In this document: positions 1-9,464 of the stretch, piece after piece
Numbering within the stretch: the stretch's first letter is position 1
Layout: every line of letters starts with the position of its first letter
From: Phycisphaerae bacterium
GTDB taxonomy: Bacteria > Planctomycetota > Phycisphaerae > Sedimentisphaerales > Anaerohalosphaeraceae
DNA length: 64,000 nucleotides
Direction of reading: 5' to 3'
Assembly: GCA_018052735.1 (NCBI GenBank)
Contig: JAGPMT010000004.1
Coordinates: forward strand, 96,558 to 160,557
The notes under the pieces: generated by a model
The model's input: the letters and a program-made list of their open reading frames with translations, nothing else
Told to the model about the DNA's origin: nothing
Database searches by the model: none
Made by a program: the position numbers and the translations under genes

Positions 1-1287
1 ATCGAGGCCGGCATCGGCAATCGCCAACGTATTGGTTCCGGCACCGGAAATATTGCCGCCGTCTGTCAGGAGAATATCTTCACCGCCGGCAACACGATAC
101 CATTGGTACACTGTCGGGGATTGCGAGTCGACTGTCACAGAAAAGACTGCAGTGCCGCCGGCATCGATAATCTGATGCCCCGGATGGGAAAGAATGATAG
201 GTTTTGAGAATTCTGTATAGAAAATCCATTCAATACCCTGCCGCACAGTATTGTCATTCATTACCGAATCAACACGCCATCGGTAGGTGCTGTTTTTCTG
301 CAGTTCCTGAGCCGGCACATATGCAGCTCGCAAGGTCTGTGGATCCCACACAGTAACATCAATCGGCGAGGCGGCATTCAAGTTCGGGTCTGTGCAGCTG
401 TAATAGAGCTTGAAGGAAACCAAGTTGGGATCGGCCACCATCACTTGCGGATTTACCGAACTGCGTATCTGGGGAATGGCCCATGACAGTTCCAGTCCAG
501 CAACCGGAACATATTCCTGCTTATAAGACGGCATCGGAGCATGGGCAGTTTTGAGCCAGTCCTCGTGGATTCGCAGATTGTCGAACCATTGGTCACTGTC
601 GTTGCCGCCCTCGGTATAAACCTGGATTCCGGTAATGGCCGTTCCAGTGAATGTTCCTACCCATCTGTCAATAATCGGACCGACATTGGAATTGCCGTCA
701 TCAGCGTTGTTGCCCCATCCTGCAGGATTATCGGGAATTGAACCTTCTGAGACGGTCATCTCATACGAATTGGGCCCCGTTAACGTAAAGACGACCTGAA
801 AGATGTCGTACCGGTCATAATATTTGGCAATATCCGTATATGCACCTGTACCGGTATCCCATCGCGTGTAAACAATCTTTCCGCCCAAGAAGACAAGAGC
901 GACCTCGGGGCTGGAGCCATTGAGCAGACGAATGCCGATCGATGTTCCGTTATCGATGCTGATGTTATGTGCCCAGTCGATGCTGACGGACTGGCCCACA
1001 GTCAGCGGGCCGCCGGCAAAGGTATGGGTTGCATACGTTCCGGCCCCGCCGTCGAGATCCCAAATGGTCCACATATATGGGTTGCCGTCTTGCATATCCT
1101 TTAGAAAGCTGCGTGAAGCACCTCCGTCTCCGGTAACCGCCCAGACATCTACTGTGCCGTTGTTTGCATCGGGCGAAGAGCCCGGACTGCCAGATGCCGT
1201 GTAGGACACAAGGTCTGCGGCATTTGCAAAGGCTGCAAACAGGCATACAACCACTCCTGTCATCCATACTTTCCTGCAATTTCTCAT
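1..1287 (-). CDS. Secreted repeat protein, N-terminal 429 codons only (3' end lies beyond the window start); signal peptide, Y-x-W-R-V-D module, Ig-like domain
   Basis: Absent from the ORF track because it has no in-window stop. My reverse-complement translation from ATG at 1287-1285 reads MRNCRKVWMTGVVVCLFAAFANAADLVSY... and stays open down to position 1 (1287 nt = 429 codons). It has a hydrophobic signal peptide. The segment STYRWRVDSV..IEWIFYT resembles modules in the 25429-31788 protein. The last in-window part (PIILSHPGHQIIDAGGTAVFSVTVDS..YQWYRV) looks Ig-like. Confidence 0.6.
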   Translation of the reverse strand, partial: MRNCRKVWMTGVVVCLFAAFANAADLVSYTASGSPGSSPDANNGTVDVWAVTGDGGASRSFLKDMQDGNPYMWTIWDLDGGAGTYATHTFAGGPLTVGQSVSIDWAHNISIDNGTSIGIRLLNGSSPEVALVFLGGKIVYTRWDTGTGAYTDIAKYYDRYDIFQVVFTLTGPNSYEMTVSEGSIPDNPAGWGNNADDGNSNVGPIIDRWVGTFTGTAITGIQVYTEGGNDSDQWFDNLRIHEDWLKTAHAPMPSYKQEYVPVAGLELSWAIPQIRSSVNPQVMVADPNLVSFKLYYSCTDPNLNAASPIDVTVWDPQTLRAAYVPAQELQKNSTYRWRVDSVMNDNTVRQGIEWIFYTEFSKPIILSHPGHQIIDAGGTAVFSVTVDSQSPTVYQWYRVAGGEDILLTDGGNISGAGTNTLAIADAGLD

Positions 1288-1678
1288 CTTTTTACCCTTT
1301 CCGAAAAGTTTTATTTCTTAACCTGCCAACGGTTAGTAAACTTGCTGATTGTTTTGTTAATTTTGAAAAAGAGCAGGCAAAAATATATTAAGCGTTTGAC
1401 ATTATACAGATCCTGATGCGGGGAATTTTAATAATACTCGTACCCTCTCTTTGTACTATTGCTTCAGGCCACAGGCAGTTGAAATTGATATCTCCACCTT
1501 AAAAACTTCTTCATTTTCAGCCCTGTATGATTCCCATCTCTCCGATACCTGCCGACCGAATACTCCGGAACAAGCATGCTTTTTTTATTATACTCTATTT
1601 TCCGTTTAAATCGCTATCAAAATAAAAACTTATCTAATTTTATTGATTCCTGTTTATCGCTAAACAAGATTTTTTTGC

Positions 1679-1706
1679 TTTACAGAGCGCAGGCATTAGG
1701 GATAAT
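1679..1706 (+). promoter_or_regulatory. Candidate sigma70 promoter of the GH51 gene (TTTACA-N16-GATAAT)
   Basis: Hexamers at 1679-1684 and 1701-1706 in an AT-rich divergent intergenic region. AAGGAG RBS at 1733-1738. Confidence 0.35.
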
Positions 1707-1745
1707 AAAGGGCCAATATTAATCTGTTTTTTAAGGAGAAAAAAA

Positions 1746-3305
1746 GTGAAAATGTACAAAGTTTTATTGGTTTGTGTGTTACTCATTCCTTTGCAGGGAT
1801 TTTCAAAAACCACAATTCAAGATGCCGATGGCGTTAATCGTCTTACGATTTATGCCGGTCAGGAAAAAGGCACTATCGCACCGGAGATTTACGGGCATTT
1901 TTCCGAACATCTGGGCCGGTGCATTTATGATGGGATTTGGGTCGGGCCGAACTCTAATATTCCCAACATACGGGGAATCCGCAAGGATGTTCTGGAGGCC
2001 CTGAAAAATCTTAATATTCCTGTTCTTCGCTGGCCGGGCGGATGCTTTGCCGATGAATATCACTGGAAGGATGGTATTGGACCGCGTCAGCAGCGGCCCC
2101 GGACAGTCAATACTCACTGGGGAATGGTAACGGAAGACAACTCATTCGGCACACATGAATTTCTGGACTTGTGCGAACTGCTGGGGTGCAAGGCCTATAT
2201 TGCAGGCAATGTCGGCTCAGGTACCCCTCAGGAGATGATGGAATGGGTGGAATACATGACCTTTGACGGCGACAGCACCATGGCTAATCTGCGCCGGCAA
2301 AACGGACGCGATAAACCCTGGAAAATCGATTATTTCGGCGTTGGGAATGAAAACTGGGGCTGCGGGGGAAATATGACGCCGGAATATTACGCCGATGTTT
2401 ACAAACGCTACCAAACCTTTGTAAAAAATTACCCTGGCAGCCGGATAACCAAGATTGCCTGCGGTCCTAACGGCAACGACACACGCTGGATGGAAGTTGT
2501 GCTGGGAAGGGCCGGCCAGCAAATTCAGGCCATCAGCGTCCATTATTATGTGATGAGCGGTTCGTGGGGCAACAAAGGCAGCGCTACGCAATTTGATGAA
2601 AATGAGTGGTTTTCCCTAATGGATAAAACCGTGGGCGTCAGAAAGCTGCTGCAAGACCAAATCTCAGTTATGGACCGGTTCGATCCACGCAAGCGGATTG
2701 CTTTGTACGTAGATGAGTGGGGAACATGGTGGGACCAGGAACCCGGTTCCCAGCCCGGTTTTCTGTATCAACAAAATACGCTGCGGGATGCGGTTTCGGC
2801 AGGGATTTATCTCAATGAGTTCAATAACCACTGTGACCGCGTTAAGATGGCCAATATCGCCCAGACAGTCAATGTGCTGCAGGCAATGATTCTGACCGAA
2901 GGGCCAAAAATGCTGCTGACGCCCACCTATCATGTGTTTGAGATGTATAAAGTGCATCAAGGGGCCAGACTGCTGGAAAATGAATTGGTTTGCAATGCCT
3001 ATGCCAAAGGGGGCACAAAATTGGCTGCACTGAATGTCTCGGCATCCAAGAAAGACGGCGTAATTTCGGTTTCCATCTGCAATCTGGATCCGACCGCTCC
3101 GGCAGAGCTGGAGTGCCGGCTGGACGGGATGCAGGCACAGAAGGCATCAGGACGGGTGCTGACAGCAGAAGCGATGAATGCTCACAACACCTTTGACAAG
3201 CCCAATGCAATCCAGCCAACGGAATTAAAAGGTATCGAGATTAAAGACGGCCTTGTCCGGGCTACGCTGCCTGCAAAATCGGTTGCGATCCTAATTATAC
3301 AATAA
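1746..3305 (+). CDS. abfA: Alpha-L-arabinofuranosidase, GH51 family, secreted
   Basis: 519-aa ORF with signal peptide MKMYKVLLVCVLLIPLQG. GH51 hallmarks: IYGHFSEHLGRCIYDGIWVG, LRWPGGCFADEYHW, and GVGNENWGCGG (acid/base Glu in NEN). AAGGAG lies 7 nt before GTG 1746; ATG at 1752 is an alternative start. Confidence 0.85.
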   Translation: MKMYKVLLVCVLLIPLQGFSKTTIQDADGVNRLTIYAGQEKGTIAPEIYGHFSEHLGRCIYDGIWVGPNSNIPNIRGIRKDVLEALKNLNIPVLRWPGGCFADEYHWKDGIGPRQQRPRTVNTHWGMVTEDNSFGTHEFLDLCELLGCKAYIAGNVGSGTPQEMMEWVEYMTFDGDSTMANLRRQNGRDKPWKIDYFGVGNENWGCGGNMTPEYYADVYKRYQTFVKNYPGSRITKIACGPNGNDTRWMEVVLGRAGQQIQAISVHYYVMSGSWGNKGSATQFDENEWFSLMDKTVGVRKLLQDQISVMDRFDPRKRIALYVDEWGTWWDQEPGSQPGFLYQQNTLRDAVSAGIYLNEFNNHCDRVKMANIAQTVNVLQAMILTEGPKMLLTPTYHVFEMYKVHQGARLLENELVCNAYAKGGTKLAALNVSASKKDGVISVSICNLDPTAPAELECRLDGMQAQKASGRVLTAEAMNAHNTFDKPNAIQPTELKGIEIKDGLVRATLPAKSVAILIIQ

Positions 3306-3323
3306 TTTGAATACAAACATGCC

Positions 3324-3354
3324 AAGAGCCGGTTAGCAGCCGGCTCTTTTTTTT
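3324..3354. terminator. Bidirectional intrinsic terminator between convergent abfA and larB
   Basis: AAGAGCCGG (3324-3332) pairs with CCGGCTCTT (3340-3348) and is followed by a T8 run. Confidence 0.65.
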
Positions 3355-3369
3355 GGCAAGATATTTCAG

Positions 3370-4146
3370 CTAGTCTGCGGGGCGGGATTGTTCAATTTTC
3401 ATATTTATGAGGCTGGCAGCGTAGGCGGCACCGAAGCCGTTGTCGATATTGACAACCGTCACCCCTGCAGCGCAACTATTGAGCATCGCCAACAGGGCTG
3501 CAAGTCCTTCAAAACTGGCTCCGTAGCCGACACTGGTGGGCACCGCAATCACAGGACAATCGACCAGCCCCCCTACAACACTGGCTAAAGCCCCTTCCAT
3601 TCCCGCTACTACGATTACAACATTGGCCTGCCGCAGGACTTCCAAATGTCCCAACAGCCGATGCAAACCTGCTACTCCTACATCACAGACCATCTGCACA
3701 TTCTGCCCCAGCATCTGTGCTGTTACCCGGGCTTCTTCAGCTGCGGGCATATCGGCTGTGCCGGCTGTTACGATGACAATTCTGCCGACAGAGGCTTCAA
3801 TCGGCCGCTGCTGCAGGATAATAATGCGGGCGGCCTGTTCATATCGGAGAGCATCCAAATTTGCGGTGCTTTTGACTCTTTCAAACACTTCTGCAGATGC
3901 CCGCGTAGCCAGAATAGTATGGCCGGTTGGCGCCAGCCGCTGAAAGATTTCGGCAATCTGCTCTACCGTTTTGCCGGGGCAGTAAATCACTTCCGGAAAG
4001 CCGCATCGCAGCGAGCGATGATGATCCACTTTGGCAAATCCGATATCCTCAAACGGCAGATGCCGCAGACGTTCGACGGCTTCACACACAGCCATGCGGC
4101 CTTCGCGCACATCCGTCAGCAGAGTCTCAATTTGCTTCCGATTCAT
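3370..4146 (-). CDS. larB: LarB-type AIR-carboxylase-like protein (nickel-pincer cofactor biosynthesis, pyridinium-3,5-biscarboxylic acid mononucleotide synthase family)
   Basis: 258 aa. Typical LarB/CpmA N-terminus (LPFEDIGFAKVDHHRSLRCGFPEVIYCPGKT) and PurE-like C-terminal half (IVTAGTADMPAAEEA..VVAGMEGALASVVGGL..VIAVPTSVGYG). Confidence 0.8.
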   Translation of the reverse strand: MNRKQIETLLTDVREGRMAVCEAVERLRHLPFEDIGFAKVDHHRSLRCGFPEVIYCPGKTVEQIAEIFQRLAPTGHTILATRASAEVFERVKSTANLDALRYEQAARIIILQQRPIEASVGRIVIVTAGTADMPAAEEARVTAQMLGQNVQMVCDVGVAGLHRLLGHLEVLRQANVVIVVAGMEGALASVVGGLVDCPVIAVPTSVGYGASFEGLAALLAMLNSCAAGVTVVNIDNGFGAAYAASLINMKIEQSRPAD

Positions 4147-4162
4147 TGGATTTTTTGTACTG

Positions 4163-6124
4163 CTACTGTACTGTTAATTGGAGCACTGTCATGGAATAGG
4201 GCTTGAACAAATATTCAAACGCCGGACCCTGCACATTCACAGGTTCGTTAACCGGCAAGACCTTTGCCGGCTGGTCGATTGTATTTTCATCCTGCGGAAG
4301 ACCAGTTAGAATTACCGACTGTGCTGAGCTGACAGAGGTGATGCCTTTAAGGTTAATGTCTGCAGCAACGGATTTGCTGGATGGATTAACTGCTTTCAAA
4401 ATAATGGATTTGCCGCTGCGGACAGCCGAAACAAACAATGTCTGCGCCTGTCTGCATTCGGCCGGCAAAAGAGCATCACCGCGGTAATTGCTGAACAGCT
4501 TTTGGACATAATAGCTGGGTGTTCCATATACGGACAGGTTGTCAAACCAAATCAGATTGGGCTTCCACTGCCAGGCATCTACGTGAGCTGTCAGCGGAGC
4601 ATAGGCTGCCATCCTAACCAAATCGGCATTGCGTTCCAAACCGGTCATAAAAGCTGCTTCCGCCAGCGCACCGGCCAGATTGTTTCGGTTATTCGGACTG
4701 CCGACATTCTGGCTTATGGCAGCATATTCACCGATAAATATGCGAGGACCGCTGCGTTTATAGGCATCGTAACGGGCGGCATTCTGAATAAACCAATCCG
4801 GGGGTCGATAAAAATGTTCATCCACGATATCGGCATTGAGCCGACGGAGTTCCTGCCATAAGTATTCAACTTCTTTGGGGCCATTGGGGAAAATCGCCGG
4901 ATCGGAACCGGTTGCTCCAATCAGCTTAATATCGGGATATTTTTCTTTGATGGCCTTTACAAAAACCTTATACCGTTCGATATACTGTGGACCCCATTGT
5001 TCATTGCCGACACCCAAAAATTTCATATTAAAGGGCTTGGGATGTCCCATGTCCGCTCGTTTGCGTCCCCACGGGCTGTCAGCCGGTCCATTGGCAAATT
5101 CGATAAGATCCAAAGCGTCCTGAACATAAGGACCCAGTTTATCAACAGCTGCCGTCTCACCGGTGTTGAACTGGCAGGCCATTCCGCAGTTAATAATAGG
5201 CATTGGTTCTGCACCAATTTTTTCACAGAGAAGGAAGTACTCAAAGAACCCTAAACCGAATGACTGATAATAATCCGGTGTGAGGCGGTGTTTAAATTCG
5301 GTATTCCAGCGGTTGATGATTGTTTTCCGCTGGTTTATATCGCCTATGGTATTCTTCCATTGATACCGGTTGCTTAATGTAACTCCTTCAACAATGCAGC
5401 CGCCGGGGAAACGCAGGAAACCGGGTTTTAAATCCGCCAGCATTGCAACAATATCTTCACGAAGACCAGGAATAGGGCGGTCGGCCATCTGAGCTGAATC
5501 TGCAGGAAATAAGGAGATCATATCCAAATCAACAGTCCCGAAGGAATCCATAAATATCTCTAAATGGGCTTTGGGTTCTGTGGCCCTGGCTTCCATTTTA
5601 CAGGTGTAGTTTTTCCAGTCGCCGGTAATGTTCTCGATTCTCCCTTCCATCAGTTTTTCAGTTCCGCTGGCGACTTCGATACGCAGACTCACGGCCGGCG
5701 AACCAATATTGCGGGCAAAAACCGAGAACCAATAGGATCTGCCCTGCCGGATGCCCATCCCGCGAAATCCTTCGTTGGCAATTCCAAAGGGCTGCCCCCG
5801 CGATGCGCTCATTTTGAGATAATGAGGATTTTTTTCATCCACAGGCTCTTTAACGACCACAGCAGTCTGTCCGTCCGAGTCAGCGCTGAGAATAAGAGAC
5901 CAGCCCATCATTGGATTGTCGAATTCAAACGAGCGGTTCTTAACCAATTCCGCATAGAGACCGCCGTCGGCTCCGAAATTTATATCCTCAAAAAAAATAC
6001 CCCACATTGTCGGAGCAATTGGAGTACCAGGCTGATCGGCAGAAATGGTGATTGTTGATTGGGCTGATGCGATTGCTGCCGTACTCATTAACACCGCTGC
6101 ACGGAAGATTTGATTTATTTTCAT
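4163..6124 (-). CDS. Alpha-L-arabinofuranosidase, GH51 family, long form with N-terminal beta-sandwich (CBM-like) domain, secreted
   Basis: The track ORF runs to 6271. An internal ATG at 6124 is preceded by AGGAG and starts a signal peptide (MKINQIFRAAVLMSTAAIASAQS), and it removes the overlap with tsaD. Motifs: FLRFPGGCIVEG, FLGVGNEQWG, IFIGEYA. Confidence 0.8.
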   Translation of the reverse strand: MKINQIFRAAVLMSTAAIASAQSTITISADQPGTPIAPTMWGIFFEDINFGADGGLYAELVKNRSFEFDNPMMGWSLILSADSDGQTAVVVKEPVDEKNPHYLKMSASRGQPFGIANEGFRGMGIRQGRSYWFSVFARNIGSPAVSLRIEVASGTEKLMEGRIENITGDWKNYTCKMEARATEPKAHLEIFMDSFGTVDLDMISLFPADSAQMADRPIPGLREDIVAMLADLKPGFLRFPGGCIVEGVTLSNRYQWKNTIGDINQRKTIINRWNTEFKHRLTPDYYQSFGLGFFEYFLLCEKIGAEPMPIINCGMACQFNTGETAAVDKLGPYVQDALDLIEFANGPADSPWGRKRADMGHPKPFNMKFLGVGNEQWGPQYIERYKVFVKAIKEKYPDIKLIGATGSDPAIFPNGPKEVEYLWQELRRLNADIVDEHFYRPPDWFIQNAARYDAYKRSGPRIFIGEYAAISQNVGSPNNRNNLAGALAEAAFMTGLERNADLVRMAAYAPLTAHVDAWQWKPNLIWFDNLSVYGTPSYYVQKLFSNYRGDALLPAECRQAQTLFVSAVRSGKSIILKAVNPSSKSVAADINLKGITSVSSAQSVILTGLPQDENTIDQPAKVLPVNEPVNVQGPAFEYLFKPYSMTVLQLTVQ

Positions 6125-6155
6125 CTTATACTCCTGGACAATTGGGTTCCGATTT

Positions 6156-7202
6156 TTAAGCTGTTGCGCTGGGCTCCAGATCCAGCCCAGCAAACTGCTT
6201 TGCCTGATACTTATAGTATGCCAGCGAGGCCACCATCGCTGCATTATCGGTACACAGCGGCTTGGGAGCAATCAGCAAAGTCAGATGCTCCCTGCTGCAC
6301 ATCGCTTCCATTGCCTGCCGCAATGCACTGTTGCACGCCACGCCGCCGCCCAGCAGGACTGTTTTAGCCCCGATTTGGCGGGCGGCACGGCGGGTTTTTC
6401 TGACAAGCACTTCAGCAACGGCAGCCTGAAACGAAGCCGCAATATCGGCTGTCTCCTGACGGCTCATAGACGCTGCGCGGTTCTGCCCCTTCATATCCTG
6501 CCCCCGACAATGATAAAGCACCGCTGTTTTCAGCCCGCTGAATGAAAAGTTGAGATTGTCTTTCTGCATCAGCGAACGGGGAAACCGGATGGCTTTTGGA
6601 TTTCCTTCTTTGGCAATCTTTTCTATACTGGGACCACCGGGATACGGCAATCCAAGGATGGACGCCACCTTGTCGAATGCCTCGCCGGCCGCGTCGTCAA
6701 TCGTCCGTCCCAGCAGCCGCAGGTCCAGCGCCGATTCAGCATCGTACAGATTGGTATGCCCGCCGGACACAATCAGGGCGACAGCGGGAAGTTCTATGGA
6801 TTCCTGCTCCAGTATAGCCGATTGCAGGTGGGCGTGGACGTGGTTGACGGCAATCAGGGGCTTGCCCCAGGCGAACGCCAACGTCTTGGCTGCGGTAACG
6901 CCCACCATCAGCGCAATAGCCAAACCCGGCTGACTGGCCACAGCAACAGCGTCAATCTGGGATGGTTCAATGCAAGCCTGCTGGATTGCTTTTTCAATAA
7001 CCGGCAGAATATTTTCCACATGGGCGCGTGAGGCAATCTCCGGCACTACACCGCCGTACTGCTCGTGCAGTGCCGTCTGCGAGGCCACAACAGACGATTT
7101 AATCTGCCGGCCATTGGCAACGACCGCCGCGGCCGTCTCATCGCAACTTGTCTCTATCCCCAGAATATGAATGCCCTGCTCGGCCAAATCGGTTCCTTTC
7201 AA
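6156..7202 (-). CDS. tsaD: tRNA N6-adenosine threonylcarbamoyltransferase TsaD
   Basis: ILGIETSCDETAAAVV, VAVASQPGL, GGHT and GGGVACNSALR motifs. The start is uncertain (TTG at 7202 or 7187). Confidence 0.9.
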   Translation of the reverse strand: MKGTDLAEQGIHILGIETSCDETAAAVVANGRQIKSSVVASQTALHEQYGGVVPEIASRAHVENILPVIEKAIQQACIEPSQIDAVAVASQPGLAIALMVGVTAAKTLAFAWGKPLIAVNHVHAHLQSAILEQESIELPAVALIVSGGHTNLYDAESALDLRLLGRTIDDAAGEAFDKVASILGLPYPGGPSIEKIAKEGNPKAIRFPRSLMQKDNLNFSFSGLKTAVLYHCRGQDMKGQNRAASMSRQETADIAASFQAAVAEVLVRKTRRAARQIGAKTVLLGGGVACNSALRQAMEAMCSREHLTLLIAPKPLCTDNAAMVASLAYYKYQAKQFAGLDLEPSATA

Positions 7203-7270
7203 TTTACCTGCCTATAGATTAACCCCACAGGCGAAAGATGTCAATAAATTTGAAAACAGCAGGTATTTGC

Positions 7271-7299
7271 TTGATTTTGTGCCGCTTTCGGGCTAAAAT
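7271..7299 (+). promoter_or_regulatory. Candidate sigma70 promoter of the RNase D gene (TTGATT-N17-TAAAAT)
   Basis: Hexamers at 7271-7276 and 7294-7299, 30 nt upstream of ATG 7329. Confidence 0.35.
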
Positions 7300-7328
7300 A
7301 CCCATCAGACTTATCAAGAAACAGACGC

Positions 7329-8516
7329 ATGACAACACGGGAAAGCAACAAGAACGTCTTCTTTGAGCTAATTCAAACAGAAGAAGGCCTTGCAAAACTG
7401 ATCGGACTGATTAAATGCGTCCATACTGTAGCATTGGATACCGAGGCCGACAGTTTTCATCACTATCGGCCCAAGGTTTGCCTGATACAACTTAGCTTTA
7501 ACGGATATACAGCAATTGTTGATCCGCTGGCGGGGGTGTCATTAAAGCCGTTTCTTGAGGAGCTGGCAGCAAAAGAGCTGGTGATTCACGATGCCGGCTA
7601 CGACCTGCGGATACTTAAGGGCGATTTCAATTTTGTGCCTCAAAACGGCATTTTCGATACCATGCTGGCTGCAGCACTGACAGGAATGGCAAATGTTGGG
7701 CTGTCCAGCGTGCTTCAAGAAGTACTGCAGATACAGATAGCTAAGCATAATCAGAAGGCAGACTGGTCGATGCGTCCCCTGCCGGACTATTTGCTCCGCT
7801 ATGCGGCGGAAGATACCTGCTATTTAATGCAAATCCGAGACAATCTCGAGTCACGTCTAAACGAGCTTGGCCGTCTGGATTGGCATCGGGAATCCTGCCG
7901 GCAGGCTGTTCGGAGTGCTATCGCCGCAAAGGAAACTCCAGATATAGATAACCTGTGGCGAATCAAGGGAAGCGGTATTCTGACAGACCGTCAAATGGCT
8001 TTTCTCCGCGAGATATGGCATTGGCGGCACAGCATTGCCAAACGTACCAATGTAGCGCCGTTTATGATTTGCCGCAATGAGGATGTGGTTAAATTAGCGA
8101 TTTGGGCCAGCCACCACCGAAAACCAGTCGAACCAGATGCCCAACTGCCGATACGATGCAAGGCATCATACCGAAATGCACTGCTGACAGCACTTCAAAA
8201 AGCGCATTGCCTCCCGAAAGACCAGTGGCCCAGTCTGCCGCCGTCCGACCCGTCAAAACGGCTGCCGGATTCTGTTCGCAAGATTGTGAATATCTTAAAA
8301 ACCGAGTGCGAAACAATCGCTAAGAAAAACGGACTGCCTTTGCAGTGGATAGCTTCCCGGGCGGCCCTGACGGAAATTGTTCTCAAGCAGGCAACAAGTC
8401 TCGAACAAATTCAGAAAGAACAGATTCTTTTAAATTGGCAGGCCAAGCTTATACTGCCGGCAATTTCCAAGGTGCTTGCAGAGGGCGGGCAAACAGATCA
8501 TCGCTTGTCCGAATGA
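7329..8516 (+). CDS. rnd: Ribonuclease D-like 3'-5' exonuclease with HRDC domain
   Basis: DEDDy motifs (VALDTEADSF; HDAGYDLRIL; YAAEDTCYL) followed by an HRDC-like segment (QMAFLREIWHWRHSIAKRTNVAPFMI). Confidence 0.75.
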   Translation: MTTRESNKNVFFELIQTEEGLAKLIGLIKCVHTVALDTEADSFHHYRPKVCLIQLSFNGYTAIVDPLAGVSLKPFLEELAAKELVIHDAGYDLRILKGDFNFVPQNGIFDTMLAAALTGMANVGLSSVLQEVLQIQIAKHNQKADWSMRPLPDYLLRYAAEDTCYLMQIRDNLESRLNELGRLDWHRESCRQAVRSAIAAKETPDIDNLWRIKGSGILTDRQMAFLREIWHWRHSIAKRTNVAPFMICRNEDVVKLAIWASHHRKPVEPDAQLPIRCKASYRNALLTALQKAHCLPKDQWPSLPPSDPSKRLPDSVRKIVNILKTECETIAKKNGLPLQWIASRAALTEIVLKQATSLEQIQKEQILLNWQAKLILPAISKVLAEGGQTDHRLSE

Positions 8517-9463
8517 CGGGCCCATTTATTCTTCAGAAGCATCCATCCCTGCAGAGTGATACTTTTGCATATTCGGGGCAGTGAAAATCGTAACGGGGTT
8601 TGGACAGCAGGCACAAAATCAGGGCATATCGGCCCATCAAAGGTATCACCTGTAATTTCAAGAGTACTGTCTAAAGTATATCCCATTTGTTCAGCAGTCT
8701 GCAGGAGCGGGAGATCTTTTGGATTAAAGCCCACCAGCTGGCAGCAGATTCGTTCACAAGCAGCAGGATTGCGGCTGGCAATCAAATATCCTATCTGACG
8801 CGGCGAACCATTAATCGGCCCTTGCCCCTCCATGCCGACAATACCGTCAATCAGATTCAAAACCGGATTGAGACGCTGGAATATACCAATAATAAGCCGG
8901 CAAAAAGACTCTACCCTGTCACCGCGGGCAAAGTGCCACCATGCCTTTTCCTTGCCGCCCAGCCCAGCAACGCAGCCGAACATATTCTTAAATGCAAATG
9001 TGGCTGTCAGCTGCTGATGGGTCTTCAATTTAGGGAGATTGATAATGGCATCCGCTTCCAAAGCTGTTCGGCTGATTCGGACAACAGAATCCTCAATTTG
9101 AATGGGAACCGGATTATTTAACTGGACAATATCGACCCCTAAATGTTTTAAACGCTTATCCACACCCAGCGCTTTCAAGCAGGCCCAGACATTTCCCCAA
9201 GCAGGGGAATCTCCTACAAGCGGTTTGCCGCCGGCATCCTTCACGCATCGGGCTGCCGCACAAATTACTTCCGGATGCGTTTGTGCGGGGATTTCAGGGC
9301 TATAGGGGACAATTAAATTGGGCTTAATCAAAACCCGCTGGTTTCTGCCGAAAAATGCATCTACACCCCCCAGCAGCTCAAACTGCCTGCATACGGCATT
9401 ATAAACTTGTTGAGCATCATAAGACTGACACCGCTGGAGGGCAACGAGGGATGTCTGATTCAT
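8498..9463 (-). CDS. DUF362 domain protein
   Basis: 321 aa with family-typical stretches VLIKPNL, INLPKLKTHQQLTATFAFKNMFG and IDGIVGMEGQGP. Its 3' end overlaps rnd convergently by 19 nt. Confidence 0.6.
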   Translation of the reverse strand: MNQTSLVALQRCQSYDAQQVYNAVCRQFELLGGVDAFFGRNQRVLIKPNLIVPYSPEIPAQTHPEVICAAARCVKDAGGKPLVGDSPAWGNVWACLKALGVDKRLKHLGVDIVQLNNPVPIQIEDSVVRISRTALEADAIINLPKLKTHQQLTATFAFKNMFGCVAGLGGKEKAWWHFARGDRVESFCRLIIGIFQRLNPVLNLIDGIVGMEGQGPINGSPRQIGYLIASRNPAACERICCQLVGFNPKDLPLLQTAEQMGYTLDSTLEITGDTFDGPICPDFVPAVQTPLRFSLPRICKSITLQGWMLLKNKWARHSDKR

Positions 9464-9464
9464 T

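Noticed and set aside
6125-6271. N-terminal 49-codon extension of the long GH51 ORF, overlapping the 3' end of tsaD
   Set aside because: The internal ATG at 6124 has an AGGAG RBS and starts a canonical signal peptide. The extension has no RBS and would place the signal peptide internally.
8498-8516. 19-nt convergent overlap of the rnd and DUF362 coding regions
   Set aside because: Short 3'-3' overlaps are common in compact genomes. No frameshift signal or special structure was seen.
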